DNA of 58,927 nucleotides. It comes from Candidatus Blackburnbacteria bacterium RIFCSPLOWO2_01_FULL_40_20 (GTDB taxonomy: Bacteria > Patescibacteriota > Microgenomatia > UBA8517 > UBA10165). Location of the stretch: contig MHCC01000026.1 of NCBI GenBank assembly GCA_001816475.1, positions 1 through 58,927 of the forward strand. Reading direction: 5' to 3'. Shown here piece after piece: positions 1 to 11,800 of the stretch. Numbering within the stretch: position 1 is the stretch's first letter; each line of letters starts with the position of its first letter. Below the pieces are notes generated by a model that searched no databases, had not been told where the DNA came from, and saw only the letters and a list, made by a program, of their open reading frames with translations. Position numbers and translations under genes: made by a program.

Positions 1-92
1 GTTGTCCCACCCATTATTCTTGACCGGGTATCTGTAGATTTAGGTCCCTGGAGTGGATACCATCTGCTGGCTCAGTACCCAAACGCCTTAAA

Positions 93-2258
93 TCAAGCTT
101 TTTGACCAACGCGCATGTTGCCACTTTTTTGGCCAACGATTTGTTGAGTAATGTTTACTGGTACTTCTTGATAATGGCTTGGCTCAACGTAAGAGCTTGC
201 ACGACCTTGCGACATTGAACGAAGGGACGTTGCATATCCTTGAAGCTCGGAAAGTGGAACAAGCGCATTGATAACTTGGAAAATCCCTCGGGTTTCTGTG
301 CCCAAAATTTGTGCACGACGAGAGGAAAGATCACCAATTACGTCTCCAACAAAATTGTCAGGTGTTGAAACGGCTACTTTCATAATTGGTTCTAGTAAGG
401 CCATATCAGCTCTTTTTACAGCATCTTGGACAGCCATCGATCCTGCAATTTTGAATGCAATTTCTGAGGAATCCACTTCGTGGAACGATCCGTCATAAAC
501 TGCAACTTTCAAGTCAACCATTGGAAAACCTGCCAAAATTCCGTTTTCCAAAGCCTCCCGAACTCCCTTTTCAATTGCAGGAATGTACTCTTGAGGAATT
601 GCTCCTCCTTTGATTTCTGAAACAAATTCGTAGCCCTCACCCCGTCCTTTTGGCTCAACCCGTAGTAAACAATGTCCATATTGTCCCCGGCCTCCAGTTT
701 GGCGAATATACTTTCCTTCTCCTTTTGCAATTTTTCTAACAGTTTCTTTGTAAGCAACTTGCGGAGCCCCAGTTGTTGCTTCAACATTAAACTCCCGTTT
801 CATGCGGTCAACCAAAACTTCAAGCTGCAGCTCGCCCATTCCTGAGATAATGGTTTGTCCCGTTTCTTGGTTAGTTTTAACTCTAAATGTCGGGTCTTCC
901 TCGCCCAGCCTGTTCATTGCATACCCCAACTTTTCTTGGTCTTGGCGGGTTTTAGGCTCAATTGCGAGTGATATAACTGGTTCTGGAAATTTAATGTTTT
1001 CAAGAATTATTGGTTTTGCCTCGTTGCAAACCGTATCTCCGGTTGTTGTTTCCTTGAGTCCTACAGCTGCAACAATTTCTCCGGCGTAAGCCTCTTCAAC
1101 CAATTCTCGTTGATCAGCATGAAGTAGTACCAAACGGCCAGCACGCTCACTTGTTCTCTTGTTGGTATTATAAATCACCGAGCCAGCCCGTAGAGTTCCT
1201 GAGTAAATACGAAGCCAGACAAGGCGTCCTATGTGGGGATCGACGTTTAGTTTGAAAGCCAACGCCGAGAAAGGTTCGTCGTTTGATGGTTTTCTTTCCT
1301 CTTCTTGTTCAGTATTTGGATTAACACCCTTTACAGGAGGAAGGTCAAGTGGTGAAGGCAAATACTCAACCACAGAGTCCAAAATCCTCTGAACTGTCGG
1401 CATTCTATTATCTCCTCCCAAAATCGGGAAGAATTTACCTTGGATTACTCCTTTTCTTATTGCTCTTTTAATCTCGGCTGGGGTTAGTTCCTGGCCATCA
1501 AGATATTTTGCCAAAACCCCATCATCGTATTCTGCTACTTTTTCCACAAGCTCATCGCGATACTTCTCTGCCTTTTCAACAAGGTCGGATGGAATTTCTT
1601 CTTCATTAAGCGTATTGTCTTGCGTTCCTTGGTAAGTGAAGGCTTTCATTTCAATTAGGTCCACGACGCCGTGCAACTCGTGTTCAATTCCGATTGGCAT
1701 ATCAACAGGTGCTGCGTTGGGATTTAAACGCTCTCTTATTGACAAAATTGACCCTTCCCAATCTGCACCAATCAAATTAAGCTTGTTTAGTGCGCAGATT
1801 CTTGGAACAGTGTATTTATCTGCTTGGCGCCAAACAGTCTCGGATTGGGGTTCAACGCCAGTTCTTCCGTCAAAGATCATAACCGCCCCATCCAAAACTC
1901 TTAAAGATCGCTCTACCTCAACTGTAAAATCAATATGGCCCGGAGTATCAATTATATTTACGCGGTGTGATTCTTGAGGAATATCGCCCTTTATTTTTGG
2001 AGTCCAAAAAGTTGTAATTGCAGCAGAAACGATTGTAATTCCACGCTCTCTTTCTTGTTCCATCCAATCAGTAACTGTCGTGCCCTCATCAACTGAGCCA
2101 TATTTGTACGTTTTTCCAGATTCAAACAAGATCCGCTCAGTTGTAGTGGTTTTCCCTGCGTCAATATGGGCAATTATCCCAATATTGCGAATCCGACTAA
2201 TCGGAAGTTGCCTGTTTTCAGTTGTAGTTGTTATTAACGCACCCTTTTTTGCAGCCAT
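93..2258 (-). CDS. fusA: Elongation factor G
   Basis: RNIGIIAHIDAGKTT, ERERGITI, DTPGHIDF, GMGELQLE, GGRGQYGH, SFHEVDSS motifs. Confidence 0.99.
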   Translation of the reverse strand: MAAKKGALITTTTENRQLPISRIRNIGIIAHIDAGKTTTTERILFESGKTYKYGSVDEGTTVTDWMEQERERGITIVSAAITTFWTPKIKGDIPQESHRVNIIDTPGHIDFTVEVERSLRVLDGAVMIFDGRTGVEPQSETVWRQADKYTVPRICALNKLNLIGADWEGSILSIRERLNPNAAPVDMPIGIEHELHGVVDLIEMKAFTYQGTQDNTLNEEEIPSDLVEKAEKYRDELVEKVAEYDDGVLAKYLDGQELTPAEIKRAIRKGVIQGKFFPILGGDNRMPTVQRILDSVVEYLPSPLDLPPVKGVNPNTEQEEERKPSNDEPFSALAFKLNVDPHIGRLVWLRIYSGTLRAGSVIYNTNKRTSERAGRLVLLHADQRELVEEAYAGEIVAAVGLKETTTGDTVCNEAKPIILENIKFPEPVISLAIEPKTRQDQEKLGYAMNRLGEEDPTFRVKTNQETGQTIISGMGELQLEVLVDRMKREFNVEATTGAPQVAYKETVRKIAKGEGKYIRQTGGRGQYGHCLLRVEPKGRGEGYEFVSEIKGGAIPQEYIPAIEKGVREALENGILAGFPMVDLKVAVYDGSFHEVDSSEIAFKIAGSMAVQDAVKRADMALLEPIMKVAVSTPDNFVGDVIGDLSSRRAQILGTETRGIFQVINALVPLSELQGYATSLRSMSQGRASSYVEPSHYQEVPVNITQQIVGQKSGNMRVGQKA

Positions 2259-2264
2259 AAAAAT

Positions 2265-2327
2265 TAGAGCTTAGAACATAAAGTATAGAGCAAAGAAAGA
2301 TCAAAAAGCTCTTCGCTCTATGCTCTA
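2265..2327. repeat. Period-7 inverted repeat (TAGAGCA family) in fusA 5' UTR
   Basis: TAGAGCT TAGAACA TAAAGTA TAGAGCA ... AGCTCTT CGCTCTA TGCTCTA; ends 6 nt from the fusA ATG. Confidence 0.85.
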
Positions 2328-2367
2328 TTCCTGACCCAAAAACGGAAGCTTCCGCTTCCTTTTCCCT

Positions 2368-2396
2368 ATTTTATCAAAATATCACATTTTGCGCAA
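2368..2396 (-). promoter_or_regulatory. Sigma70-type promoter for fusA
   Basis: Minus strand TTGCGC-N17-TAAAAT with TG extension. Confidence 0.65.
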
Positions 2397-2410
2397 TCGC
2401 AACATAAAAA

Positions 2411-2419
2411 TGGTATAAT
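2411..2419 (+). promoter_or_regulatory. Extended -10 promoter for erm
   Basis: TGGTATAAT (TGnTATAAT) upstream of AGAAAGG and the leader ATG. Confidence 0.7.
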
Positions 2420-2434
2420 ATAAGACAGAAAGGC

Positions 2435-2515
2435 ATGATGATACTCTTCATCAAGGTTCTCCGCTATGTTTCACAACAAGCGGAGCTACCGCAAACTATC
2501 TCAAAACTTTCTTAA
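2435..2515 (+). CDS. Putative erm leader peptide MMILFIKVLRYVSQQAELPQTISKLS
   Basis: ATG 2435 after AGAAAGG; 26 codons; overlaps the erm start out of frame. Confidence 0.45.
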   Translation: MMILFIKVLRYVSQQAELPQTISKLS

Positions 2516-3242
2516 AAGCCGCAAGCTTGCAAAAAAGCTTGTTGGCCTTTCTTCGGTTGGTAAACAAGACCTTGTTTACGAAATAGGCCCCGGGGAAGGA
2601 ACAATCACAGAGCAACTGGTACTAAAAGCAGGTAAGATTATTGCTGTTGAAATTGATTCCGACCTTGCTCGTCATCTTAAAGAAAAGTTTGATAGAAATG
2701 GACAGGTTGAAATAATAAACCAGGACTTTCTAAAATTCGAGATTTACGCAAAGAATTTCAAAATATTCTCCAATTTGCCTTTTTCCGTTGAAGGAAAGAT
2801 TATTCGCAAGCTGCTTGATAGGAAAAATCAACCGCAAGAAGCGTGCCTTATTATGCAAAAAGAAGTGGCGAAAAGACTTTCAGGGGCTTGGGGTAACGTG
2901 GAATTTTCTATACTTCACAAGCCGTGGTTTGATTTTGAGATAAAACATCATTTTTCAAAGTTTGATTTCCAACCGATATCTAGAGTTGATTCAGTTTTAT
3001 TAAAGATTACAAAAAAGACAGAGGCTTTATTGCCCTTGTCTCTAAAGAGTCAATATGAACATTTTGTAAAAACAGGTTTTAGAAGCGGAAGACGTTTGGA
3101 GGACAATTTAAGCGGGTTAATTAGTAAACCACTTTATATACAATACGCTCAACGATTAGGATTTTCGGGTAACGCTAAACCCACGAATTTAACTCTAGAA
3201 AAATGGATTAAACTTTTCAGATGTTTCGCAGAAATTTCTTAA
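2466..3242 (+). CDS. erm: Erm-family rRNA adenine N6-methyltransferase (Erm/KsgA superfamily)
   Basis: SQNFL, EIGPGEG, AVEID, FKIFSNLPF..IIRKLL, FQPISRVDS; SQNF and KIFxN motifs look more Erm-like than KsgA-like. Confidence 0.8.
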   Translation: MFHNKRSYRKLSQNFLKSRKLAKKLVGLSSVGKQDLVYEIGPGEGTITEQLVLKAGKIIAVEIDSDLARHLKEKFDRNGQVEIINQDFLKFEIYAKNFKIFSNLPFSVEGKIIRKLLDRKNQPQEACLIMQKEVAKRLSGAWGNVEFSILHKPWFDFEIKHHFSKFDFQPISRVDSVLLKITKKTEALLPLSLKSQYEHFVKTGFRSGRRLEDNLSGLISKPLYIQYAQRLGFSGNAKPTNLTLEKWIKLFRCFAEIS

Positions 3243-4074
3243 ATATTCCTCTGTTAATTTCTTGGCCGCTAAATCTGATAATTTTATACCCTTGATCCTT
3301 AAGAAATTCTTCCTTTCGCAAGTCTCTCTTTTTGATTTTTTCCTGGGCATGCCAATATTCGCCATCGCACTCAATAATCGTCTTTTTGTCGGGAAGATAA
3401 AAATCAGCGTGGAACCTTGCGAATTTGGCTTCTTGTATGAAAGGTATTTTAATTTTTTCCAGTTCGAGACGAACTGTTTTTTCAATATAAGTTTCACCGT
3501 CAAAGTGCTTATAACATTCCCAAGTGCAAAAGCTTCCTCTTCCACGATTTACGTCAGATCTTGGAAGTTTGAATTCTTTCTTGCAATTTCGACAAATTTT
3601 AGTAACATGATCTCTGTTAAAATCGTCCTTACATGTCTTGCTGCAATATTTCGGTCCTTTTTTAAACACAGCTTTAGTAACAATAAATGCTTTACCACAC
3701 TGTCTGCATATCAGTTTTTTCCTTGCATTTTCAAATAGCCCAAACCAACACTCTTTGCTACAATAAAAACCATACCCCTTCTTTATAAGGACTTGGGATA
3801 CCCTAAACTCTTGCCCACATCTTTTACATACCTTATATTCGCTTCTGTTCGTTCCTGTCCAATAACAATCCAAAGAACAGTAATTTGTTTTTCTAACAAG
3901 ACAGGGCATTTTAAAAAAAGGTTTGTTACAAAAATTACATTTTAGCAGCGCTCTGACTTTTAAACCGCATTTACATTTGTAAACAGACAATCCTTTGCAG
4001 ATTATTTTGTCATCTCCCAAAGTAGTTTTACATCTACCACAAAAAACGGAACCCAAAAATTGAGTATTGTTCAC
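3217..4074 (-). CDS. Cys-repeat protein with C-terminal DUF559/Vsr-like endonuclease domain
   Basis: Four CxxC-x-(K/Q)-x-F...(Y/F)C(S/T)xxC repeats, then ADFYLP..IIECDGEYWH..RD.RK..L..GYKIIRF. Confidence 0.85.
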   Translation of the reverse strand: MNNTQFLGSVFCGRCKTTLGDDKIICKGLSVYKCKCGLKVRALLKCNFCNKPFFKMPCLVRKTNYCSLDCYWTGTNRSEYKVCKRCGQEFRVSQVLIKKGYGFYCSKECWFGLFENARKKLICRQCGKAFIVTKAVFKKGPKYCSKTCKDDFNRDHVTKICRNCKKEFKLPRSDVNRGRGSFCTWECYKHFDGETYIEKTVRLELEKIKIPFIQEAKFARFHADFYLPDKKTIIECDGEYWHAQEKIKKRDLRKEEFLKDQGYKIIRFSGQEINRGIFKKFLRNI

Positions 4075-4133
4075 ATATAAATTATTACCGAAGAAAAGGC
4101 GTAAGTCAAGAAGTTTTTACTTTATCAAAAGAT

Positions 4134-4610
4134 TTACCAGCGAAAATGAGAAAATGCTTTATTGCTTTCTGCTACTCGTTCTACTTCTTTTCTTTTTGTC
4201 ATTGAACCACCTTCACCTTTGCGGGCATTCAGTATTTCTGTTTTTAGCTTTTCCGCATACGTGTGGAACTGAGAGTTAGGAAGAGAATTTGCAGCTTGGA
4301 TCATCCAACGAATGGCCAGCACTTCTTTCCGAGGTCCGCGTACAGGAGTAGGGACTTGATAGGCTGCTCCCCCAATTCTTCGTGGCCTAACCTCCATATT
4401 TGGCTTTATGTTCTCAATGGCTTGCAAAAAGATCTTCAGTGGTTCTTCGCCAGACTCTTGCTTAATTGCTTCAAACGCACGATATACCTCTTTTTGGGCA
4501 ACAGAACGTTTACCGTCCCTCATTGAGCGGTTTATCAATTTTGTTACCAGTTTATGCCTGTAAACTGGATCTTCTTTTACATCTCGTAAAACTGTTTGAC
4601 CTTTTCTCAT
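4134..4610 (-). CDS. rpsG: 30S ribosomal protein S7
   Basis: DGKRSVA, EVRPRRIGGAAYQVP, AESNKAFSHFRW. Confidence 0.99.
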   Translation of the reverse strand: MRKGQTVLRDVKEDPVYRHKLVTKLINRSMRDGKRSVAQKEVYRAFEAIKQESGEEPLKIFLQAIENIKPNMEVRPRRIGGAAYQVPTPVRGPRKEVLAIRWMIQAANSLPNSQFHTYAEKLKTEILNARKGEGGSMTKRKEVERVAESNKAFSHFRW

Positions 4611-4613
4611 TGC

Positions 4614-5036
4614 TTACTTTCTTGCTCCTTTACTCCTTTTTGCCCCATATTTTGATCTTGATGTTTGTCTTTTCTCAACGCCTCCAGTATCATATTTACC
4701 TCGAACTATATGATATTTTACACCAGGTAAGTCTTTAACACGCCCTCCTCGGACTAAAACAATGGCATGCTCTGCTAAATTATGTCCTTCGCCAGGAATG
4801 TAGGCTGTCACTTCCTGTTTGTTTGACAACCTAACCCTTGCAACCTTACGCAAAGCAGAATTTGGTTTCCTGGGAGTCATTGTACGAACTTGCAAAACTA
4901 CCCCACGCTTAAAAGGACTTGAGAACTGGGAAAATTTTCTGTCTTTATTGTTCCACCAGCGAACAAGCGCAGCAGACTTAGTCTTTTTTGAAAGACTTTT
5001 TCTTCCTTTTCGTATTAGTTGAGATACCGTTGGCAT
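4614..5036 (-). CDS. rpsL: 30S ribosomal protein S12
   Basis: [35 protein letters not shown]. Confidence 0.99.
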   Translation of the reverse strand: MPTVSQLIRKGRKSLSKKTKSAALVRWWNNKDRKFSQFSSPFKRGVVLQVRTMTPRKPNSALRKVARVRLSNKQEVTAYIPGEGHNLAEHAIVLVRGGRVKDLPGVKYHIVRGKYDTGGVEKRQTSRSKYGAKRSKGARK

Positions 5037-5123
5037 ACCTTAGAAAATTTGAAATTTTAAAACTTAAATTTCGCGTCCTATATTCTGACCGAAGGTCATA
5101 TGAAATCTTGCACAGCAAGATTG

Positions 5124-5132
5124 ATTATATCA
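5124..5132 (-). promoter_or_regulatory. Extended -10 promoter for rpsL, overlapping the rpoC stop
   Basis: Minus strand TGATATAAT; downstream GAC-CTTCGG-TC hairpin at 5086-5098. Confidence 0.6.
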
Positions 5133-8100
5133 CGATTTTGTCATTTGAGGAAGCTTAGCACGCTCGGGAGAGGTAGGAATTAGTCTTCCTATAATAACAT
5201 TTTCTTTAAGTCCAATCAGCTTGTCTTCTCTTCCCAAAAGCGATGAATCTGTAAGTACCGATGTGGTGTTTTGGAAAGACGCTGCTGACAACCATGAATC
5301 GGTAAACAAGGATGAGCGGGTAACTCCAAGAACTACAATTTGTGCAGTTGCAGGTTCTCCACCTTCCGACAAAACTCTTTCGTTTTCTTCTTCAAACACT
5401 GCTCTATCTATAATGTCTCGTGGCATAAGGTTTGTATCGCCTTGACTAATAACCTGTACCTTGTCCGCCATCTTCCTTATAATAACCTCAAAGTGCTTGT
5501 CGTTAATCTTAATTCCTTGAGATTCGTAAACAGATTGAATCTCGACCAACAAGTATTCTTGAGCTGCTCGCAAACCCTTTACAGCTAGAATTTCTTTGAC
5601 ATCCAGCGCACCACCTGCCAATTGCTTACCCGCCTCGATCAAATCTCCATCTTTAACAAGCAATGCATTGGTCAAAGGAATGATGTATTCTCGCTCTTCT
5701 GCTGGTTTGGTGGTAGTATTTCTAACTCTTACAATCCAACCATCTTCACTTTCTGTAACTTCAACTTTTCCAGGAATGGCAGAGATTGGAGAAAGCACTT
5801 TTGGAATCCTTGCTTCGAATAATTCTTCGACTCTTGGCAAACCTTGTGTAACATCAAGTCCAACAATACCTCCAGAGTGCTTAGTTCTCATTGTAAGTTG
5901 AGTTCCTGGTTCCCCGATGGATTGGGCCGCAACTACCCCAACTGGTGTCCCAATCTCAACAACTGCGCGCGTAGACAAGTCGGCTCCATAACACTTACTA
6001 CACATCCCATATCGGACGCTACACGTAAGCGGAGAACGAACAAAAACTTCTTCAATGCCTGACTTTTCAATTTGGTCCATAATCTCGGGAGTGATCAGGC
6101 CACCCTTAGCAACAATTACTTTATTGCCCGCCTTTACATCGCGAGCAACAATTCTTCCAATTAGGCGGGGAGCATAAAGCTTTTCGCGTTGTTTCTTCTC
6201 AATTAGAATTCCTTCTTCTGTATTACAATCCTCAAGTCTGATAATAACGTCATGGGCAACATCAACTAGCCTTCGAGTCAAATATCCTGCGTCGGCTGTC
6301 TTGATAGCAGAGTCGGTTAGTCCCTTTCTTGAACCACGAGCTGATGTAACATACTCGAAGATTGACAATCCTTCTCGGAAATTTGATTTGGTTGGAAGAT
6401 CAACGATCTTACCCAAGGGGTCAACAACCAATCCACGCATAGCAGCAAGCTGTTTAACCTGATCTCGAGAGGTCCTTCCAACGCCGGCCTCAATAATCAT
6501 CTTAATAGAATTGTTGCGTGGCAAATTATCCCAAGTTAGGTCTGCTAATTCTTCAGTTGTATCAAGCCAAAGTTGGTGGGTAAGCCGGCGGCGCTCTTCT
6601 GAAGTTGCAAAACCCATCTTGAAGCTTTCTTCAATCTTAACTAATTCTTCAGCTGCCTCTGAAATCATCTTGTCTTTTTCAGGGTAAATTAATGCGTCGG
6701 CCACTGAGAATGAAAGACCTGATGCTGTTCCTGCAATAAATCCAATATTTTTTATACTGTCAATCATCTTAACAACATCTTCTCGGGTTCCTTGTGCAAG
6801 CGCTTTGGCAAACAAGCCCTTGATAACACTAGCTGAGGCCGGCTCGTTAAAGAATTGGAGGTATTCTGGTAATGTCTCGTTAAACAGTATTCGTCCAACT
6901 GTTGTACTTACTCGCTCGCCGTTTACTCTAACTTGAACTTTTTCTCTCATACGTATCACTCCTTTTTGGTATGCTGAGATTGCGTCCTCTGAATCAGCAA
7001 AGACTTTTCCCTCAACTTCTTGTCCTGCGAGAATAATTTCATCTGAAGTCAGGTAGTAAACACCAAGCGCCATTTCTTTTGTCGCGGGGGCTGCGATAAA
7101 GCTTCCGTCTGCAGGTTTAAGCAAATTCTTAGCTGGGCTCATTAAAGCCATCGCTTCATCCTGTGCTTGCTTGGAAAGTGGAAGATGAACTGCCATCTGG
7201 TCTCCGTCAAAGTCGGCATTATACCCGGAACACACACAAGGGTGAACCCTAATTGCGCTTCCTTCAATCAAAACAGGGTAAAATGCTTGAATTCCCAATT
7301 TGTGCAAAGTTGGCGCACGATTTAACAAAACTGGATGGTCTTTAGTAATCTCTTCGAGAATATCAAAAACCTCGGGAGGTCGCCTGTCTAACATGTTTTT
7401 AGCACTCTTGACGTTTGGAGCAATACCACGAGCGATCATCTCGCGAAGAACAAACGGCTTGAACATCTCAAGAGCCATATCTTTTGGCAAACCACATTGA
7501 TTAAGCTCAAGATCAGGTCCAACAACGATAACTGACCGTCCTGAATAGTCAACACGCTTACCCAAAAGATTTTGCCTAAAACGACCTTGTTTACCTTTCA
7601 AAAGATCAGACAGTGACCTCATGTATTGTTTCTCACGGCCACGGCGTGCTGCTTGACGTTGTGAAGCGTCAATCAGAGTATCAACTGCCTCTTGTAACAT
7701 TCTCTTTTCATTTCTTAAGATTATTCCAGGTGCACCAAGCTCGAGTAAGTGCCGCAATCTGTTGTTTCTGTTGATAACTCTTCTGTAAAGATCGTTTAAG
7801 TCAGATGTCGCGAACCTTCCCCCCGAAAGCTGGACCATTGGACGAAGATCTGGCGGCAAAACTGGTAGAACTTTAAGCACCATCCAACGAGGGTCAACCG
7901 ATGCTCTCCTCATTCCATCAATTAATCTTAATCTCTTGGTTAACTTGATCTTTTTAACGTCTGAGACCTCCTCAAGTTCTTTTCGAATTTGAACTGCGAC
8001 CTCGTCTAGATTCAACTTGTTCAATACCTGGATAACAGCCTCAGCTCCCATTTCTACCTCAAAGAAGTCTGCTGCGTCGTAGGAGGCTAGTTCTGAATAC

Positions 8101-8846
8101 TCTTCGTCCGACATTAACGAATTTACTTTTACGCTCTTTGTTATATCAACGAGTTTGCCAAACAACTCCTCTGATCGTTGTTTTCTTGAGGCTATGTCTT
8201 CTCTGACTGCAACCAAGCTGTTTCTACTTTCAAGCTCAATTTCTTGCTCGGTTAGCGCAAGTTGCTCTTTGTCTTTTACCTTCTTTGATAGTTCCTTGAC
8301 CTTCTCGTCTTTTTCTTCTTTAATTCTCTTTACTGCCTCTTCCTCTTCGCGTGTTATATCTTGAACACGCATCTTTAGCGCTTCTTCGATGCTCTTTACA
8401 GCCCTAGTTCGTCCGTCTTCTTTTACTTCTGTAACTAAGTATCGTGCAAAGTAAATAACTTGCTCTAGTGCTTTAGGAGGAACATCCAAAACCAAAGACA
8501 GTTTAGAAGGCGCACCCTTGAAAAACCATACATGAGCAACTGGAACTGCCAAATTAATGTGACCCATTCTCTCACGTCTAACGCGAGATTGGGTAACTTC
8601 AACTCCGCACTTGTCACAAACTATACCCTTGTACCTGATTCTTTTGTATTTACCGCAGTAACATTCCCAGTCTTTTGTAGGTCCAAAAATTCTCTCATCA
8701 AAAAGCCCATCCTTTTCAGGTTTCAAAGTTCGGTAGTTTATTGTCTCAGGCTTGGTTATCTCACCGTGAGACCACTCCCTTATATTCTCAGGGGATGCAA
8801 GTTTTATTTTCAATTTGGAAAAATCTGCAAGTTGTCTTAAATCCAT
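5130..8846 (-). CDS. rpoC: RNA polymerase beta' subunit
   Basis: NADFDGD, N-terminal Zn site, [19 protein letters not shown]. Confidence 0.99.
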   Translation of the reverse strand: MDLRQLADFSKLKIKLASPENIREWSHGEITKPETINYRTLKPEKDGLFDERIFGPTKDWECYCGKYKRIRYKGIVCDKCGVEVTQSRVRRERMGHINLAVPVAHVWFFKGAPSKLSLVLDVPPKALEQVIYFARYLVTEVKEDGRTRAVKSIEEALKMRVQDITREEEEAVKRIKEEKDEKVKELSKKVKDKEQLALTEQEIELESRNSLVAVREDIASRKQRSEELFGKLVDITKSVKVNSLMSDEEYSELASYDAADFFEVEMGAEAVIQVLNKLNLDEVAVQIRKELEEVSDVKKIKLTKRLRLIDGMRRASVDPRWMVLKVLPVLPPDLRPMVQLSGGRFATSDLNDLYRRVINRNNRLRHLLELGAPGIILRNEKRMLQEAVDTLIDASQRQAARRGREKQYMRSLSDLLKGKQGRFRQNLLGKRVDYSGRSVIVVGPDLELNQCGLPKDMALEMFKPFVLREMIARGIAPNVKSAKNMLDRRPPEVFDILEEITKDHPVLLNRAPTLHKLGIQAFYPVLIEGSAIRVHPCVCSGYNADFDGDQMAVHLPLSKQAQDEAMALMSPAKNLLKPADGSFIAAPATKEMALGVYYLTSDEIILAGQEVEGKVFADSEDAISAYQKGVIRMREKVQVRVNGERVSTTVGRILFNETLPEYLQFFNEPASASVIKGLFAKALAQGTREDVVKMIDSIKNIGFIAGTASGLSFSVADALIYPEKDKMISEAAEELVKIEESFKMGFATSEERRRLTHQLWLDTTEELADLTWDNLPRNNSIKMIIEAGVGRTSRDQVKQLAAMRGLVVDPLGKIVDLPTKSNFREGLSIFEYVTSARGSRKGLTDSAIKTADAGYLTRRLVDVAHDVIIRLEDCNTEEGILIEKKQREKLYAPRLIGRIVARDVKAGNKVIVAKGGLITPEIMDQIEKSGIEEVFVRSPLTCSVRYGMCSKCYGADLSTRAVVEIGTPVGVVAAQSIGEPGTQLTMRTKHSGGIVGLDVTQGLPRVEELFEARIPKVLSPISAIPGKVEVTESEDGWIVRVRNTTTKPAEEREYIIPLTNALLVKDGDLIEAGKQLAGGALDVKEILAVKGLRAAQEYLLVEIQSVYESQGIKINDKHFEVIIRKMADKVQVISQGDTNLMPRDIIDRAVFEEENERVLSEGGEPATAQIVVLGVTRSSLFTDSWLSAASFQNTTSVLTDSSLLGREDKLIGLKENVIIGRLIPTSPERAKLPQMTKS

Positions 8847-11800
8847 TATTGGGTAGCCTCCATTAAAACCTCAGCTTCGTTAACAATCTTTTGTTCATCT
8901 TTATCATCCGATGTCAAGCTTTGCTTATCGCGTAGCGTCAAGCTTTGCTTATCGCCTAGCGTCAAGCTTTGCTTATCGCCTAGCGTCAAGCTTTGCTTAT
9001 CGCCTAGCGTCAAGCTTTGCTTATCGCGTAGCGTCAAGCTTTGCTTATCTTTATCCATATCTATATCTTTTTTTTCTTCGACCTTCGCTAATATCTCACC
9101 TTTTGGCTCGATCGACAAGCCCAAGGAGTTAAGTTCTCTTACTAAAACCTTGAAAGATTCAGGTACTGTTGCTTCTGGGATTTCAGTCCCTTTAACAATT
9201 GCTTCAAACGCCCGTGCTCGCCCAACAACGTCGTCAGACTTTATAGTTAACATTTCTTGCAAAGTATGAGCTGCACGATGTGCCTCAAGTGCCCAAACTT
9301 CCATTTCTCCCAATCTTTGTCCACCCATTTGAGCTTTTCCTCCAAGAGGTTGTTGTGTAACTAATGAGTATGGTCCAGTTGAACGAGCATGAGTTTTGTC
9401 CTCGACCATGTGGGTAAGTTTCATAATGTAACTAACGCCAACAACTGTCTTTTCTTGAAAAGGCTCACCTGTTCGACCGTCGTATAGTTGGGACTTTGAA
9501 CTTACCGGCAAACCAGCTTTCTTCATAAGATCTTCAATCTCCTGTGGAGCTAACTCGTCAAAAACAGGCAAGGCAAACTTTTGTCCAGTTTTCGAAGCTA
9601 CCCAGGCAAGCTGTGCTTCCAAAAGCTGTCCTAAATTCATACGAGCAATAACAGAAAGTGGGGAAATTATGATATCTATTGGAGTTCCGTCCTCCAAATG
9701 AGGCATATCGTAGGCCGGAACAATCTTTGAGATGACTCCTTTGTTTCCGTGTCGCCCTGCAAGTTTGTCTCCTACAGAAACTTTCCTCATCTGAGCAACC
9801 CTAACAATTACTTTCTTTAGGGTTCCTGGGTCCAAGTCATCCCCTTTGTCGCGGTCTAGAATTTGAACATCAACAACTACTCCGTGTTCGCCATGCGGAA
9901 CGCGAAGTGATGTATCTCTTACCTCGCGTGCTTTCTCTCCAAATATTGCCCTAAGAAGTCGTTCCTCGGATGTCAGTTCTGTTTCACCTTTGGGTGCAAT
10001 TTTACCCACTAAAATATCGTTTGCCGAAACTTCGGCGCCAATAACTACAATTCCATCCTCTGCCAAATTTGCAAGGTCATTTTCGGCAACATTCGGAATA
10101 TCTCGAGTTAGCTCCTCTGGGCCAAGCTTTGTATCAACAACTTGGGCTTCATACTCTTCAATATGAATTGAACTTAATGCATCGTCTTTCACTAAGCGGT
10201 CTGAGACTGCAATTGCGTCCTCAAACCCTAATCCTTCAAACAAACAATAGGCAATAAGTAGGTTTTGTCCTAAGGCCAATTCTCCATCGTCTGTCGCAGG
10301 ACCGTCTGCAATAAGGTCACCCTTTTTAACAACATCGCCAACCGTTATTTTTGATCTTTGGTTAAAACACGTAGATTGTGCAGTACGCAAGAACTTGTTC
10401 AAAAAGTAAATTTCCTTTTTGCCTTCAATTTTAATTCTGTCGCTTTCCTTGTCGTCTATCTCAATTTTTCCTTCTACCTCAACTTCGATTCTTTCTGCGT
10501 CAGCGAAAACAACAGTTCCTGCATTTCTTGCCCTGATAACTCTTGCCATTGCAGATCCAACTTTCTCTTCCATCCCCGTACCCATCAAAGGCGCTTGAGG
10601 ATTAACCAAAGGCACAGCCTGACATTGCATGTTTGTTCCCATCAAAGCACGATTTGCCTCATCGTGCGACAAGAAAGGAATTAAGGACGCTGAGGTTCCA
10701 ACAACTTGACGTGGGGTAAGGTCTATTAAGTCAACTTGATCAGCGGGCCCCTCGTTAAATTGGCCCTGGAATCTTATCGGAACCCATTTGTCCGTAATAA
10801 ATCCATCTTCGTCAATTTTTATACCTGCGTGGGTTATCCGATATTGCTCTTCGTCGTCGGCCGCAAGGTAAATTATCTCGTTAGTAACCTTCATCCTTGT
10901 TTTCGATTCTTGCTTAACTTTTTCTACTTTTCTATAAGGAGCCTCTAAAAATCCAAACTCATTTACCCGAGAAAATAAAGCAAGGTAGGTAACAAGACCA
11001 ATACTTGGACCTTCAGGCGACCTAACAGGATCAATTCTTCCATATTGAGATGCGTTGATGTCACGAATTGAGAAGGACGCTCGTTCTTTTGTAATGCCCC
11101 CCGGTCCCATAACTGAAAGACGCCGAATGTTGTCAATTTCAGAAAGCGGGTTTGTTTGATCTAAAATTGCAGAGAGTTGGTTTGACCGGAAGAAATCATT
11201 TAAAGTTGCCATCAATGGCCTGGCATTAACCAATGCGCTTGGATTTACAACATCATCAGTGGACGTAAGGCTCATCTTTTCCTTAACAGAACGCTCTAGT
11301 CTTACCATTCCCGCTCTGAACGCTGAGGCTAACACAAGCTCGCCAACACACCGTACGCGGCGATTTGCCAAATGATCAATGTCGTCTACCTTCCCCTCAC
11401 CATTTTGAAGACCAATAAGGTAGCGCAATGCTGCAACAACATCTTCAAGCCTTAAAGTCCAATTTTCTGGCTCATTTTTGACATCCAAGCCAAGTTTTCT
11501 ATTAATCTTGTATCGTCCAACTTTGTCTAAGCCATAGCGTCTTGGATCCAAAAACAAACTCTTAAACAAAGTTTCTGCATTTTCCAAAACTACCAACTCT
11601 CCGGCTCGCATCTTCCTGTAAATTTCAAGAAGCGCTTCTTCTTTGTTTCGAGAAGCATCTTTTTGGATTGTAGAATTTATATATGAATGTTGTTCGTCTG
11701 TATCAATATCCCTAAACTTTGCTTGTATGTCCTCGTCGCGAGTCAGCCCCATTGCACGCAAAAGTGTGGTTGCTGCGACTTTTCTTCTTCTGTCGATTCG

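Noticed and set aside
3217-4074. Intron- or intein-encoded homing endonuclease
   Set aside because: rpsG and fusA are both intact; the ORF is intergenic and no intron core is visible.
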